DNA of 64,000 nt, taken from NCBI GenBank assembly GCA_965215605.1, contig OZ244070.1, positions 960,001 to 1,024,000 of the forward strand, read 5' to 3'. Source of the DNA: an uncultured Candidatus Binatia bacterium (GTDB taxonomy: Bacteria; Desulfobacterota; Binatia; UBA9968; JAJDTQ01). Position 1 is the stretch's first letter. Every line of letters starts with the position of its first letter. The notes beneath the pieces are model-generated. The model did not search any database, was not told the origin of the DNA, and saw only the letters and a program-made list of their open reading frames with translations. Made by a program: the position numbers and the translations under genes. Positions 28,514 through 38,494 of the stretch are shown piece after piece.

Positions 28514-29635
28514 CTACAGTCCGTAGAGCCGCCTGGGGTTGGCGTCGAGGATGGCGTCCTTGGCAGCATCGGAGATGTCGGTGCGCTCCCGCAACATTCG
28601 CGCGGCAAAGCGTTCCCGGTCGCCGTGGGGCATGTCCGTCCCCATGACGATCTGTCCCTGCCCCACCTCGGCCATCACCTGCGGCAGCAGCGAATCCTCG
28701 ATCTCGGCGCTGAAGAAGAGGTTCCCCTTCTTCACGTAGTCCATGGCCGGCAGCGCCTGCGCGGGGACGCACTCCGGGAGGAACTTCAACAGCAGCTCGC
28801 CCTGGTTCTCGTAGCGGTGCTTCAGCCGGTCGAGCATGAAGGGCACCCACATGCACCCGGCCTCCAGGAACACCACTCGCATGTCCGGATGCCGGTCGAG
28901 GACGCCGCCGGCAATGAGCGAGGTGCAGGCCATCAGCACCGGCATGTGGAAGGCGATGACGCCGGAGGGATAGATATGGGAATAGAGGTTGTTCACCGAC
29001 GGGCAGGACCAGCCCACGTGGACCCCCAACGCCAGGTTGTTTCCTTCCACGGCTTCATAGAACGGCAGCAGCACGTCGTCGTCCAGCAGACGGTCTCCCG
29101 CGGTCCCCAGCACCATGACGGACACGGCTCCGAGGCTCGCGGCCTCATTCACCGAGCGCACGGCGCCGTCCACGTCGTCGAGGTTCACCACCGCGGACCA
29201 CTTGATGCGGTCGTTGCCACTCAGCCGGTCTCCCAGCCAGCGGTTGTACGAGTCGCACAGCGCCGTGGCCAAGGGGACGTTGTCGGTCAGCGGGTAGGCG
29301 AGAAAGAGCGTCGTGTACACCACCTGCACGGCGATCTCCTCCTCGTCCATGATCGCCAGCCGCTCGGGGACGTTGGTGAGATCCTGGCTGCCGACGCTGT
29401 CCACCTTGCCCACCGAGTGTTTCGCGAGCTCGCCGTTGATGGTCAGGGGCGTTCCGAGGTTGTTGCAGCCCCGGCCTACCCGGCGCGGGAAGAGCTGCTC
29501 GTCGATCATCCAGTAGGCCATGCCGTCCACCCCCACCACCCGGGGCTTCTGCCCGCGGAAATTGGGGTCCAGGTACTTGTCGTCGAAAGTCTCCAGGCAC
29601 TCTTCCACGTGGCCATCAGCGTCTACACAGTCCAT
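28514..29635 (-). CDS. Amidohydrolase_2 family protein
   Basis: DADGHVEE, YNRWL, VHVG, FLEAGC.WVP, GTDMPHGD, NPRRLYGL. Confidence 0.9.
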   Translation of the reverse strand: MDCVDADGHVEECLETFDDKYLDPNFRGQKPRVVGVDGMAYWMIDEQLFPRRVGRGCNNLGTPLTINGELAKHSVGKVDSVGSQDLTNVPERLAIMDEEEIAVQVVYTTLFLAYPLTDNVPLATALCDSYNRWLGDRLSGNDRIKWSAVVNLDDVDGAVRSVNEAASLGAVSVMVLGTAGDRLLDDDVLLPFYEAVEGNNLALGVHVGWSCPSVNNLYSHIYPSGVIAFHMPVLMACTSLIAGGVLDRHPDMRVVFLEAGCMWVPFMLDRLKHRYENQGELLLKFLPECVPAQALPAMDYVKKGNLFFSAEIEDSLLPQVMAEVGQGQIVMGTDMPHGDRERFAARMLRERTDISDAAKDAILDANPRRLYGL

Positions 29636-29737
29636 TTCTCACCTCCGTCGATTCACGGTACATTGATCGGTTCAACATTGTAGACACCACGCCAGGTTGT
29701 CAAGTCACCGGTCATTCCCGGCAATGGAGTCCATCCC

Positions 29738-31096
29738 ATGAGCACTGTGGATACGGAGGTCACCAAACGCCTCGCGGAGTGGGTCTGCGAATCGGACTTC
29801 TCGTCCGTACCCGATGCGGTGCGCGGCGAAGCCGCGCGTACCCTGCTCAACTGGATGGGCTGCGCGGTGGGGGGGTCGGGCCACGAATCCGTGGACATCA
29901 CGTTGCGGGCGCTGGGCCCCTTCATGGGGACACCGCAGGCTTCGGTGCTGGGCCGGACGGAACGAGCGGACGTGCTGCACGCAGCGCTGCTCAACGGCCT
30001 CAGCTCCCATGTGTTCGACTTCGACGACACCCACCTGAAGACCATCATCCATCCGGCCGGGCCGGTGGCGTCGGCGCTGGTGCCGCTGGCCGAGCACCGT
30101 CCGGTCTCCGGCCGGGACTTCCTCCACGCGCTGATCCTCGGGGTCGAAGTGGAATGCCGCATCGGCAACGCCGTCTACCCGGACCACTACGACACGGGCT
30201 GGCACATCACCGGCACCGCCGGGGTGTTCGGCGCCGCGGCGGCCGCCGGGCGCCTGCTGGGACTGGACGTTCAACGCATGTGCTGGGCGTTGGCGGGGGC
30301 CGCCACCCAGGCCGCGGGGCTGCGGGAGATGTTCGGCACCATGTTGAAGCCCTTCCTCATCGGACGGGCGGCCCAGAACGGCCTGGCCGCCGCCCTGCTG
30401 GCAGCCGAGGGGCTGACCGGCTCCGAGCGGGCCCTCGAAGCACCGCGGGGATTCGCCCGGGTGCTGTCGACGAAACAGGACTACGCCGCCATCTGCGACG
30501 GCCTCGGCCAAAGCTACGAGATCCTGCTCAACACCTACAAGCCCTACCCTTGCGGCGTGGTGATCCATCCGAGCCTCGACGGCTGCATCCGACTGAAGCA
30601 GGAACACGGGCTCACGGGCGAAGACATCGAGGCCGTGGAGCTGCGGGTCCACCCGCTGGTGTTGGAGCTCACCGGGAACAGGACGCCTCAGACCGGGCTC
30701 CAGGGCAAATTCAGCGTGTACCACGCGGCGGGGGCCGCCCTCGTGCTCGGACGAGCGGGTGTAGCCGAGTTCACCGACGAGGTGGTGCAGGATCCACGGG
30801 TCACGGCGGTGCGCGACCGCGTGTCCGCGGTGGTGGACGACCACATCCGTGAAGCGGCTGCCGTGGTTACGATACGGCTGAAGGACGGCCGCACCGTCGA
30901 GGAGGCGGTCGAACAGGCGTCCGGCAGCCTCGAATGTCCGTTAACCGATGGAGCCATGGACGAAAAGGTCCACGGCCTCGCCGATCCGACGCTGGGGACG
31001 GCGGCGACCCGGGAGATGATCCGCGCCTGCCGGGGAGTGGCGGCGCTGGAGGATGCCGGGGACCTTGCCCGCGCGGCCACGCCGACCCCGGCATAA
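29738..31096 (+). CDS. MmgE/PrpD family protein
   Basis: SHVFDFDDTH, IHP, GWH.TGT, GTMLKP, YKPYPCG..IHP, GKFS. Confidence 0.92.
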   Translation: MSTVDTEVTKRLAEWVCESDFSSVPDAVRGEAARTLLNWMGCAVGGSGHESVDITLRALGPFMGTPQASVLGRTERADVLHAALLNGLSSHVFDFDDTHLKTIIHPAGPVASALVPLAEHRPVSGRDFLHALILGVEVECRIGNAVYPDHYDTGWHITGTAGVFGAAAAAGRLLGLDVQRMCWALAGAATQAAGLREMFGTMLKPFLIGRAAQNGLAAALLAAEGLTGSERALEAPRGFARVLSTKQDYAAICDGLGQSYEILLNTYKPYPCGVVIHPSLDGCIRLKQEHGLTGEDIEAVELRVHPLVLELTGNRTPQTGLQGKFSVYHAAGAALVLGRAGVAEFTDEVVQDPRVTAVRDRVSAVVDDHIREAAAVVTIRLKDGRTVEEAVEQASGSLECPLTDGAMDEKVHGLADPTLGTAATREMIRACRGVAALEDAGDLARAATPTPA

Positions 31097-31177
31097 GGCG
31101 GCCATCCGCGTGATCGTGGTGCCGCTACCTGTCCTCGGGCGGATGGACCGTTGACGGCCCGTCCGAAAGGAGAACCC

Positions 31178-32692
31178 ATGTCGGATCACTACGACGTCAT
31201 CATCATCGGCGGGGGCTCGGGCGGCTGCGTCGCCGCCGCCCGGCTGAGCGAGGACCCGCGCCGCAAGGTGTTGCTACTGGAGGCCGCCACGGACCCGCGG
31301 CCAACGCCGGACACCGTCCGGCTGGCCAGCGGCAAGGACCGGCTCTGGTTCGAGAGTCCCTACATCGACACGCTGCCCGTCGAGCGGCCCATCGACGGAA
31401 GCCTGTTCTACCCCATGGCCGGGAGGATCATGGGCGGAGGCTCGTCGGTCAACGCCATGGGCTGGGTCTGGCCGCTCCGCTACGACATGGAGCGGTGGGT
31501 GGCCGCCGGCAATCCCGACTGGTCGTGGGAAACGGTCCACGAGGTGCTGAAACGGATCGAAGCGGACCAGGACTTCCCCGACGACCCCGAACACGGCCAC
31601 GCCGGACCGGTCTACGTCGAGCGCCCTTTCAGCCTGGACTCGGACCTGTCTCCGGTGATCCGGGCCTATGTCGACGGCGCCGCCGAGATGGGCGTCCCGC
31701 GCCTGCCCGACACCAACCTCCCGGATCCCGTGGGCGTGGGCCCCGGGGTTTGCAACATCAAGGGCGACGTCCGCCAATCCGTGGTGGTGAGCTATCTCGA
31801 CCCGGCCCGTGGGCGTCCGAACCTCACCATCAAGGCGGAAGCACCGGTGCTGGGGCTGACCCTGTCGGGCGGCCGGGTGGACGGGGTGCGCTACGAAAGG
31901 GACGGCGAAGTCCACACGGACACCGCCGGCCAGGTAGTGCTGCTGGCGGCCGGCGCCTACCGCAGCCCGCAGCTCCTGCTCCTGTCGGGCATCGGCCCGG
32001 CCGCGGAGCTGGAGGCCCTCGGCATCGAGGTCACCCATGCGCTCGACGGCGTGGGAAGGAACTTCCAGGACCATGCCCACATCCACATGACGTTCGCGGC
32101 CGCCAGGGAGTTCGAGGTGGACTGGACCCTGCCGAGGCTGCGGCTCATGGCCCGGAGCACCGCCGGCCTGGACCACGGCGACTTCAGCGTCACCCTGCGG
32201 CCGCCCACGAATATCCAGGGCGTCGGCTCCCTGCTGCCCCTCTCCGCGCAACTGCTGGAGCAAGAGGCGCCCGGGCGGATCCGCCTCACCAGCACCGACC
32301 CCAGGGACTTCCCGGCCATCGAAACCGGGATGCTGCAGCATCCCGCGGACGCGAAGAAGATGGTCGCCGCCATGGAGTTCGTCCGGGACCTGACCCGGAC
32401 ATCACCCATGCGGGAATTCTACGGCGAGTTACGCAACCCCGGCCCGGACGAGGACTGGGCGACCTTCGCCCGCTCGACCTACGACAGCTATCAGCACCCC
32501 TGCGGCACCTGCAAGATGGGGCCGGCCGGCGACCCCGCAGCGGTGGTGGACCAGCGATTGCGGGTCCACGGGCTGGACAACCTGTGGGTGGCCGACGCCT
32601 CGGTCATGCCCGAGGTGGTACGTGCCAACACCAACTCCACCGTCTACGTCATCGGGGAGCGCCTGGCGGAGTTCCTGAGCAGCGCGGCGTAG
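31178..32692 (+). CDS. GMC family oxidoreductase (choline dehydrogenase-like)
   Basis: IIGGGSGG, GGGSSVNAM, SPQLLLLSGIG, HPCGTCKMG, ADASVMP, ANTN. Confidence 0.93.
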   Translation: MSDHYDVIIIGGGSGGCVAAARLSEDPRRKVLLLEAATDPRPTPDTVRLASGKDRLWFESPYIDTLPVERPIDGSLFYPMAGRIMGGGSSVNAMGWVWPLRYDMERWVAAGNPDWSWETVHEVLKRIEADQDFPDDPEHGHAGPVYVERPFSLDSDLSPVIRAYVDGAAEMGVPRLPDTNLPDPVGVGPGVCNIKGDVRQSVVVSYLDPARGRPNLTIKAEAPVLGLTLSGGRVDGVRYERDGEVHTDTAGQVVLLAAGAYRSPQLLLLSGIGPAAELEALGIEVTHALDGVGRNFQDHAHIHMTFAAAREFEVDWTLPRLRLMARSTAGLDHGDFSVTLRPPTNIQGVGSLLPLSAQLLEQEAPGRIRLTSTDPRDFPAIETGMLQHPADAKKMVAAMEFVRDLTRTSPMREFYGELRNPGPDEDWATFARSTYDSYQHPCGTCKMGPAGDPAAVVDQRLRVHGLDNLWVADASVMPEVVRANTNSTVYVIGERLAEFLSSAA

Positions 32693-33048
32693 GAGCCGAG
32701 GCGATGAAGGACCGGCTTTGCATGGAGCCCGGCCACTACCCCGAACCCATCAGCCATTCCTGACAGTCGCGGGCACCGGCTGACACTCGCCGGACAGGAT
32801 GCCCCGAGATCCTGTTCAACGCGTCTGGCGGTTCGGCAGACCGTGAACACCGCTGGCGGAGACCGTCGACGCCGTCAGAAGCGCTCGACCCTGTCGTGTC
32901 TGCCCGCCGCTGGAATCTTCAGCTCAATACAGTAACGAACGGCACCGGGCACACGGCGCAAGGTCAACCTGTGCGTGGTCCGGTGAAGAGGCCTCCCGTT
33001 GCTGGTCGACGGGCCCATGAGGCCACCAACAAAATGGCAAGGGGGTGT

Positions 33049-33084
33049 TTGACAAGATTCATTATTGATAATATATTATCATTA
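33049..33084 (+). promoter_or_regulatory. Sigma70 promoter overlapped by a Fur/Zur-family operator
   Basis: TTGACA-17nt-TATATT; perfect palindrome TGATAATA|TATTATCA at 33066-33081. Confidence 0.75.
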
Positions 33085-33110
33085 TATTTCAAGATCAGGA
33101 GGACCTTGCA

Positions 33111-34103
33111 ATGAAGAGATCGGGTAGCCTGTTTCTCGCCATAGCGGCGGGCTTTTGGATCAGCGTGTTTTCGGCCTTCGCCTGGGCGCAGTCGGTCAAC
33201 GTCGTCACCACCGTGATTCCGGCGGCGTATATCTTCGAGGAGTTGGGAGGAGCGCGAGTCAACGTGACCGCGTTGGTGCCGCCTGGGGCAAGCCCCCATA
33301 TGTTCGAGCCCGTGCCCAGCGACATCCGAAAACTCGCCCGGGCGCGGTACTTCGTCAGCATCGGCGGTGGGTTGGATGTTTGGTCGGAGAAGTTGCTGGC
33401 AGCGGCACCCGAGGGAATCGAGGTCGTGGCGCTGATAGACACGCCGGACCTGAACCTCTTGGAAGCAGCAGAACACCACCACCATCACCACGGCGAAGAG
33501 GAGGCGGCCAGGAAGGATGAGCATCACGGCCATGGTGAAGAGAAGGTCGCCAAGGAGAACGGCGAGGAACACGGGGCATTCGATCCGCACTTCTGGCTGG
33601 ATCCGATCCGTGTCAGGGACGCCGTGGTTCCGGCGGTGACGCAACGGTTGATCGCCGCGGACCCGGCCGGCAAGGACTACTACGAGAAGCGCCGGCACGA
33701 CTTCCACCGGAGGCTGACCGCCTTGGACCAGCGGGTCCGGTCGGAGCTGGCCAAGGCGAAGGTGCGCAAGTACATCGCCTTCCACGACGCCTGGGTCTAC
33801 TTTGCCGAGCGCTACGGGTTGGAGGAGGTGGCGGTGGTCCAGGAATTCGCCGGCGAGGAGCCCACGCCCAAGGAAGTGGCCAAGCTCGTGCAGGACGCCC
33901 GCGCCGAGGGGCTCGGGGCCATGCTGGTGGAGCCGCAACTGAGTCCCCGCGTGGCCCAGACCATTAGCAACGAGTTCGGCGGCCGGACCGTAATGGTCGA
34001 TCCGCTGGGCGATCCCGGCGATGCAGCGCGAGACAGCTACGAGAAGCTGCTGCAGTTCAACGCCCGCAGCTTCGGAAAGGCGCTGCAAAGCAGCATGAAT
34101 TGA
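33111..34103 (+). CDS. znuA: Zinc ABC transporter substrate-binding protein (ZnuA/cluster A-I)
   Basis: Signal peptide, SPH.FEP, His-rich loop EHHHHHHG..EHHGHG, DPHFWLDP, FHDAW.YF. Confidence 0.85.
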   Translation: MKRSGSLFLAIAAGFWISVFSAFAWAQSVNVVTTVIPAAYIFEELGGARVNVTALVPPGASPHMFEPVPSDIRKLARARYFVSIGGGLDVWSEKLLAAAPEGIEVVALIDTPDLNLLEAAEHHHHHHGEEEAARKDEHHGHGEEKVAKENGEEHGAFDPHFWLDPIRVRDAVVPAVTQRLIAADPAGKDYYEKRRHDFHRRLTALDQRVRSELAKAKVRKYIAFHDAWVYFAERYGLEEVAVVQEFAGEEPTPKEVAKLVQDARAEGLGAMLVEPQLSPRVAQTISNEFGGRTVMVDPLGDPGDAARDSYEKLLQFNARSFGKALQSSMN

Positions 34104-34120
34104 CCGACAGGCCCGCGGGC

Positions 34121-34160
34121 TTGACAACCGTCATAAAATAATAACAAGTTATCATTATCA
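34121..34160 (+). promoter_or_regulatory. Second promoter with a related Fur/Zur-like box
   Basis: TTGACA at 34121, then ATAATAACAAGTTATCATTAT, matching the box upstream of znuA. Confidence 0.6.
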
Positions 34161-34191
34161 ATATAACTGCGTGAAAGGAGCGCATGTACCA

Positions 34192-35439
34192 ATGAGAATC
34201 AAGAAGCTGAAGCTACTCGTAACCCTAGCTGCCTCGGTGGCTTTGTTGTTCGCCGTCCACACGGCCACCGCGAGCCCAACTTCCGTTGCGGGCCGCCTGC
34301 TGGTGGGCGACGGCGAGACCGGCATGTTGTCGATCATCGACCTGAAAAAGGGCGATGTGAAGCAGGACGCCTTCGACATGGGGTCCCCGGCCGGCCGCAT
34401 CTACGCCACCAAGAGCAAGCGCTATGCCCTCGCGGTCTCCACCGACGCCAACACCGTGCACGTCTTCGACGGCGGTATCTACCGGGAACGCCATGGCGAC
34501 CATTTCGACCAGGTGACCGGACCGGTCAAGCGGATCGATATGGACCTGACCGGCGAACGCCCGGTGCACTTGTATGTCAGTGGCAAGTGGTCCGCCATAT
34601 TCTACGACGGAACCGGCGACGTGGTGCTGCTCAACGAGGACGAACTTGGGAAGAAGCGAGCCAACTACAAACCGCCCAAGCTCAACGCGGGCGCCCACCA
34701 CGGCGGGGCGGTGCCATTGGCACATGACCTGTTCGCAGTCACCATCCCGCACCCGGACTTTGCCGCCAATCCCAAGGACTACCGTCTCCCCATCGGCGCC
34801 GAAATCGTCGACCTGTCGGGGAAGGTGCTGCATCGCCAGGAGGGCTGCAAGGATCTGCACGGCGACGCCGGAAACGGCCATGTGGCGGCCTTCGCGTGCA
34901 GGGGCGGCGTCCTCACCGTGGAAGCTGACCATGGCAAGTACAAGGGGAGGTTCATCCCGTTTCCGGAGGGTGTATCCAAGGATCTCCGCCTGACCGCGAT
35001 CTGGGGTTACACCGGTCTGGATCACTTCTTCCCTCTCGGTTCCGCCGTTGGCGTGTACGCCGTGGATGCCAAGAAGGGCGTCATGAAGCAGTTGGTCTCC
35101 GCTTCGGACGCCGCAAAGCCCATCAACGGCGCCGTAAGCCACGACGGCAAGGCACTGCTGGTCGTGATGAGCGACGGCGAGTTGCGGAAGTACGACACCC
35201 GCAAGCTCGACCTGTTGGCCTCGGCGCGCGATTTCCTGGGTAGCCCCGTAGAGACGGGCTTCTGGGCGCGCCCCCATGTCACCACCATTCCCGGGGCCGT
35301 CTTCATCACCGACTCCGTGGGCGGCCAAGTGCTGCAACTGGACGACCAGAACCTCAAGGTCGTCCAAAGCTGGAAGATCGCCGGCAAGCCGACCAAGGTG
35401 GCCTTCGTGGGCATCTTGAAAAAGACCGCGGGCCACTAG
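34192..35439 (+). CDS. aztD: AztD-like periplasmic zinc metallochaperone (beta-propeller)
   Basis: Signal peptide, HGDHF, AHHGGAVP, C.DLHGDA, AFAC..GVL; follows znuA. Confidence 0.7.
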   Translation: MRIKKLKLLVTLAASVALLFAVHTATASPTSVAGRLLVGDGETGMLSIIDLKKGDVKQDAFDMGSPAGRIYATKSKRYALAVSTDANTVHVFDGGIYRERHGDHFDQVTGPVKRIDMDLTGERPVHLYVSGKWSAIFYDGTGDVVLLNEDELGKKRANYKPPKLNAGAHHGGAVPLAHDLFAVTIPHPDFAANPKDYRLPIGAEIVDLSGKVLHRQEGCKDLHGDAGNGHVAAFACRGGVLTVEADHGKYKGRFIPFPEGVSKDLRLTAIWGYTGLDHFFPLGSAVGVYAVDAKKGVMKQLVSASDAAKPINGAVSHDGKALLVVMSDGELRKYDTRKLDLLASARDFLGSPVETGFWARPHVTTIPGAVFITDSVGGQVLQLDDQNLKVVQSWKIAGKPTKVAFVGILKKTAGH

Positions 35440-35513
35440 ATCCAGCGCCTCCCCTTGACCCCCGGACCCGGCGCGGCGCTTCCCTGTGCGTTGCCCGCGT
35501 CGGGTCCGGGTCC

Positions 35514-36329
35514 CTACTGTTCGACAAGATCCAGCAGAACCCCGTCCGGGTCTGCCATGGCGTACTGGCCGATGGCGCAGCCTTCCAGGTCCGCGCGGGT
35601 CATGGCGCCGAAACGGCCCGCGTCCAGGTTGGCGGGCGCCGATTCGGGGGCGGCGTCGCTCAGCTCCCCGATTTCCTTGCGCGTACGCTCCAGGTCTTCC
35701 ACCACGAAACCGATGTGGTCGAGTCCCTCTCGCATGCCGCGGTAGAGGGAGTTGTCGCAGGGACGCACCAGCAACTGCACCTTGCCGTCGGTGACGCGGA
35801 AGCTGCCGTCGGGACCGGGTGTCTCGCCGACGTCGAGCTCGAAGACCTTGTGGTAGAACTCCGCCACCCGTTCCGGCTGCTTCGAGCGGATGGAGATGTG
35901 GCTGACCTGGCGCGGCTGGTCCCAGCCGTCTTCCAGATAACCTTCACGGACCTTGGCCACGCCTTTTTGCGAGATATCGTACTGCGTACCGCAGGGGTCG
36001 GTGCCGCGCGAAACCGAGAACGGCACGTGGGGCAGGCTCTTGGCCACCAGCAGTTCCGGATAGTCGTTGCGCATCCGTTCCAGCACCAACGGTATCTCCT
36101 CCACCTCGAATCCGAAGTGGTCCAGTCCGGACTGGTTCCCCGGGTGCTTCTGCAGCATCGCGAAGCCGATGACGCCGTCGCTGATGTGGCCGCGGTTGGG
36201 GTTGTAGTTCCCCTTCTCGTCGGTCATCCCGGTGGTGATCTTCTTCATGCCGAAGATGGTCTGGTAGAACCGGGCCATCCGGTCCCAGTTCTCCGTATTG
36301 AGGGCGATATGCCGGATCCGCGTCTTCAT
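35514..36329 (-). CDS. VOC/glyoxalase family protein (two domains)
   Basis: RIRHIAL, SDG, GLDHFGFEV, DPCG; second repeat SHISI, GLDHIGFVV, DPDG. Confidence 0.85.
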   Translation of the reverse strand: MKTRIRHIALNTENWDRMARFYQTIFGMKKITTGMTDEKGNYNPNRGHISDGVIGFAMLQKHPGNQSGLDHFGFEVEEIPLVLERMRNDYPELLVAKSLPHVPFSVSRGTDPCGTQYDISQKGVAKVREGYLEDGWDQPRQVSHISIRSKQPERVAEFYHKVFELDVGETPGPDGSFRVTDGKVQLLVRPCDNSLYRGMREGLDHIGFVVEDLERTRKEIGELSDAAPESAPANLDAGRFGAMTRADLEGCAIGQYAMADPDGVLLDLVEQ

Positions 36330-36486
36330 GCTCAACCTCCGTGAAGGTGCCTGTCGAACGTTGGGAGTCAACCTTATCACAACCCTGCCGGAGTTGGCGC
36401 GCCCTGTCCCACTCCTCGTGCGTTGTGGTATAAGGCAGCAACGCCGCAACCCGGCGGCAACACTACCAAGGAGCTAAGGAGTTTGC

Positions 36487-37374
36487 ATGAAGATTTGCAC
36501 GTATGACGCGAGGCAGGCGGGGGCGGTGGTGGACGGCAAGGTCTATCCCATCGGGGCGGCAATGGTCGCCGCCGGGATCCTGAAGGCCGACTACACCATG
36601 GTCCAGGTCATCGAGGCGATGACCGGCAACCCGTACGCCCAGCCCTGCGTCGATGAATGCATACGGTCCGGCGACTCGGTGCCGCTGGACCAGGTCACCC
36701 TGCGGGCGCCCGTGGACAATCCCACCTCGCTGTGGGCCGCCGCCGCCAACTACATGGACCACCGCAAGGAGATGGAGACGCGCATGGGCGGCGGCCACCA
36801 GGAGCTGCCGGACAAGGACGACCACATGTCCCAGGACTTCCTGAAGCCGGTGTCGTCCATCATCGGCCCGGGCGGCACCGTGATCATCCCCAAGATCTCC
36901 CACGACGTGGACTTCGAGTGCGAGCTGTGCGTGGTCATCGGCAAGACGGCCCGGAAGGTGACCGAAGAAGAAGCGCTGGACTATGTCTTCGGCTACACCA
37001 TCTGCTGGGACATCAGCCAGCGGGACCCCTGGGGCCGGGGCAAGCAGAACACCCGCAACATCCGCAAGGGGTTCGACACTTTCAGTCCGCAGGGGCCGTG
37101 GATCGTCACCAGGGACGAGGTCCCCGAGCCGCAGGACCTCTACCTCAGGGCCTGGCACAACGGCGAGCAGGTGATGACCTCCCACACCAGCAACATGATC
37201 TGCGGGGTGCGGGACCACATCCGCTTCCTCTCCAGCGTCGTGACCCTCAGGCCCGGCGACCTCATCACCACCGGAACGCCAGCCGGAGTCCACACGCTGC
37301 TGGACGGCGACAAGCTTCGGGGCGAGATCGAGAAGATCGGCGTGATGGAACTGAACGTAAAGGCGGAGGCCTGA
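36487..37374 (+). CDS. Fumarylacetoacetate hydrolase family protein
   Basis: NY..H..E, FLKP, VDFECEL.VVIGK, DISQRD, KGFDTF.P.GPWI, GDLI.TGTPAGV. Confidence 0.93.
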   Translation: MKICTYDARQAGAVVDGKVYPIGAAMVAAGILKADYTMVQVIEAMTGNPYAQPCVDECIRSGDSVPLDQVTLRAPVDNPTSLWAAAANYMDHRKEMETRMGGGHQELPDKDDHMSQDFLKPVSSIIGPGGTVIIPKISHDVDFECELCVVIGKTARKVTEEEALDYVFGYTICWDISQRDPWGRGKQNTRNIRKGFDTFSPQGPWIVTRDEVPEPQDLYLRAWHNGEQVMTSHTSNMICGVRDHIRFLSSVVTLRPGDLITTGTPAGVHTLLDGDKLRGEIEKIGVMELNVKAEA

Positions 37375-37448
37375 GGGGCCACGGGTGATCGTGGTCGCGG
37401 CGACATCGACGCTTCCGAAACAACGACTCGCGGCACGGGGAGAAACTG

Positions 37449-38432
37449 ATGATGCAATCAATCATACGCGCAGCGACGATCCTTTTGACCCTGTTGGCGG
37501 CAATCGCCATGGCGGCGCCGGCCCAGGCGGACTTCCCCGAAAGGAATCTCAACTGGATCGTGCAGTTCCCGCCGGGCGGCGGCTATGACGCCATGAGCCG
37601 CGCCCTGGCGCGCAGCATCAACAAGCAATTGCCCAAGGGCACCAGCGTTATCGTGAAGAACGTGACCGGCGCCGGCGGGCGGCGCGGCGCCGTGAGCCTC
37701 TACCGGGCGAAGCCCGACGGCTACACGGTGGGCGTGCTCGACATGCTGGGCCTGGTGACGGCGCAGATCCAGGCGGGCGCCGGGAAGACTCTCTACGACC
37801 TTGAGAAGCTCGAGTACATCGCGCGCATGGGCAACGAGCCCTACACCATCTTCGTCAGCGGAAAATCGCCCCACAAGACTCTGGACGACCTCAAGAAAGC
37901 CGGCCGCCTGACCTGGGGGTCGGAGGGCATCGGCTCCGGACGCTGGCTGCCCAGCTTCCTCGCGGCCCGGGCCTTGGGCCTCAAGTTCGAGCTGGTGACG
38001 GGCTACCGCGGCACCGGCGACAGTGTCCCCGGGCTGATGCGCGGCGATTTCATCACTTGGCTCAATCCCAGTGAACACTCCACCGTCGGGCCTTTGGCCC
38101 GGGACGGGAGCCTTCGCTGCATCGTCCATCTCGGGTCCAAGCGCTCATGGGCGTGCCCGGACACGCCCACGGCCAAGGAGTCGGGCATCGACCACGTCAA
38201 CGAGATCGTCCGGCTCATAGCCATCCCTCCGGGCGTGCCGCGGGACCGGGCCAGGAAGCTGGAAGAGATCGTGGTCAAGGCCATGGACGACCCGGATTAC
38301 AGGGACTGGGCCAAGTCCAGCGGCACCGCCATCAACCCGGGCGACGCGGCCGCTGCGCGCGCGACGTACGACAACCTCAAGGGGATGGTGAACCGGGAGG
38401 CGGACGCCATCCGCAAGGCGCTCGAGAAGTAA
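37449..38432 (+). CDS. Tripartite tricarboxylate transporter substrate-binding protein (TctC/Bug)
   Basis: FPPGGGYD, NVTGAGG, KPDGYT, GYRGTG, PPGVP. Confidence 0.9.
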   Translation: MMQSIIRAATILLTLLAAIAMAAPAQADFPERNLNWIVQFPPGGGYDAMSRALARSINKQLPKGTSVIVKNVTGAGGRRGAVSLYRAKPDGYTVGVLDMLGLVTAQIQAGAGKTLYDLEKLEYIARMGNEPYTIFVSGKSPHKTLDDLKKAGRLTWGSEGIGSGRWLPSFLAARALGLKFELVTGYRGTGDSVPGLMRGDFITWLNPSEHSTVGPLARDGSLRCIVHLGSKRSWACPDTPTAKESGIDHVNEIVRLIAIPPGVPRDRARKLEEIVVKAMDDPDYRDWAKSSGTAINPGDAAAARATYDNLKGMVNREADAIRKALEK

Positions 38433-38494
38433 CGAAGCCGCTCACGCGGGCAAGCGCCCGCGCCGGCGGTGCACGGGCAACGAACGGAGGTTCC

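Noticed and set aside
32693-33048. Intergenic stretch before znuA as a riboswitch or small ORF
   Set aside because: No recognisable cobalamin or other riboswitch core, and no credible RBS-ORF
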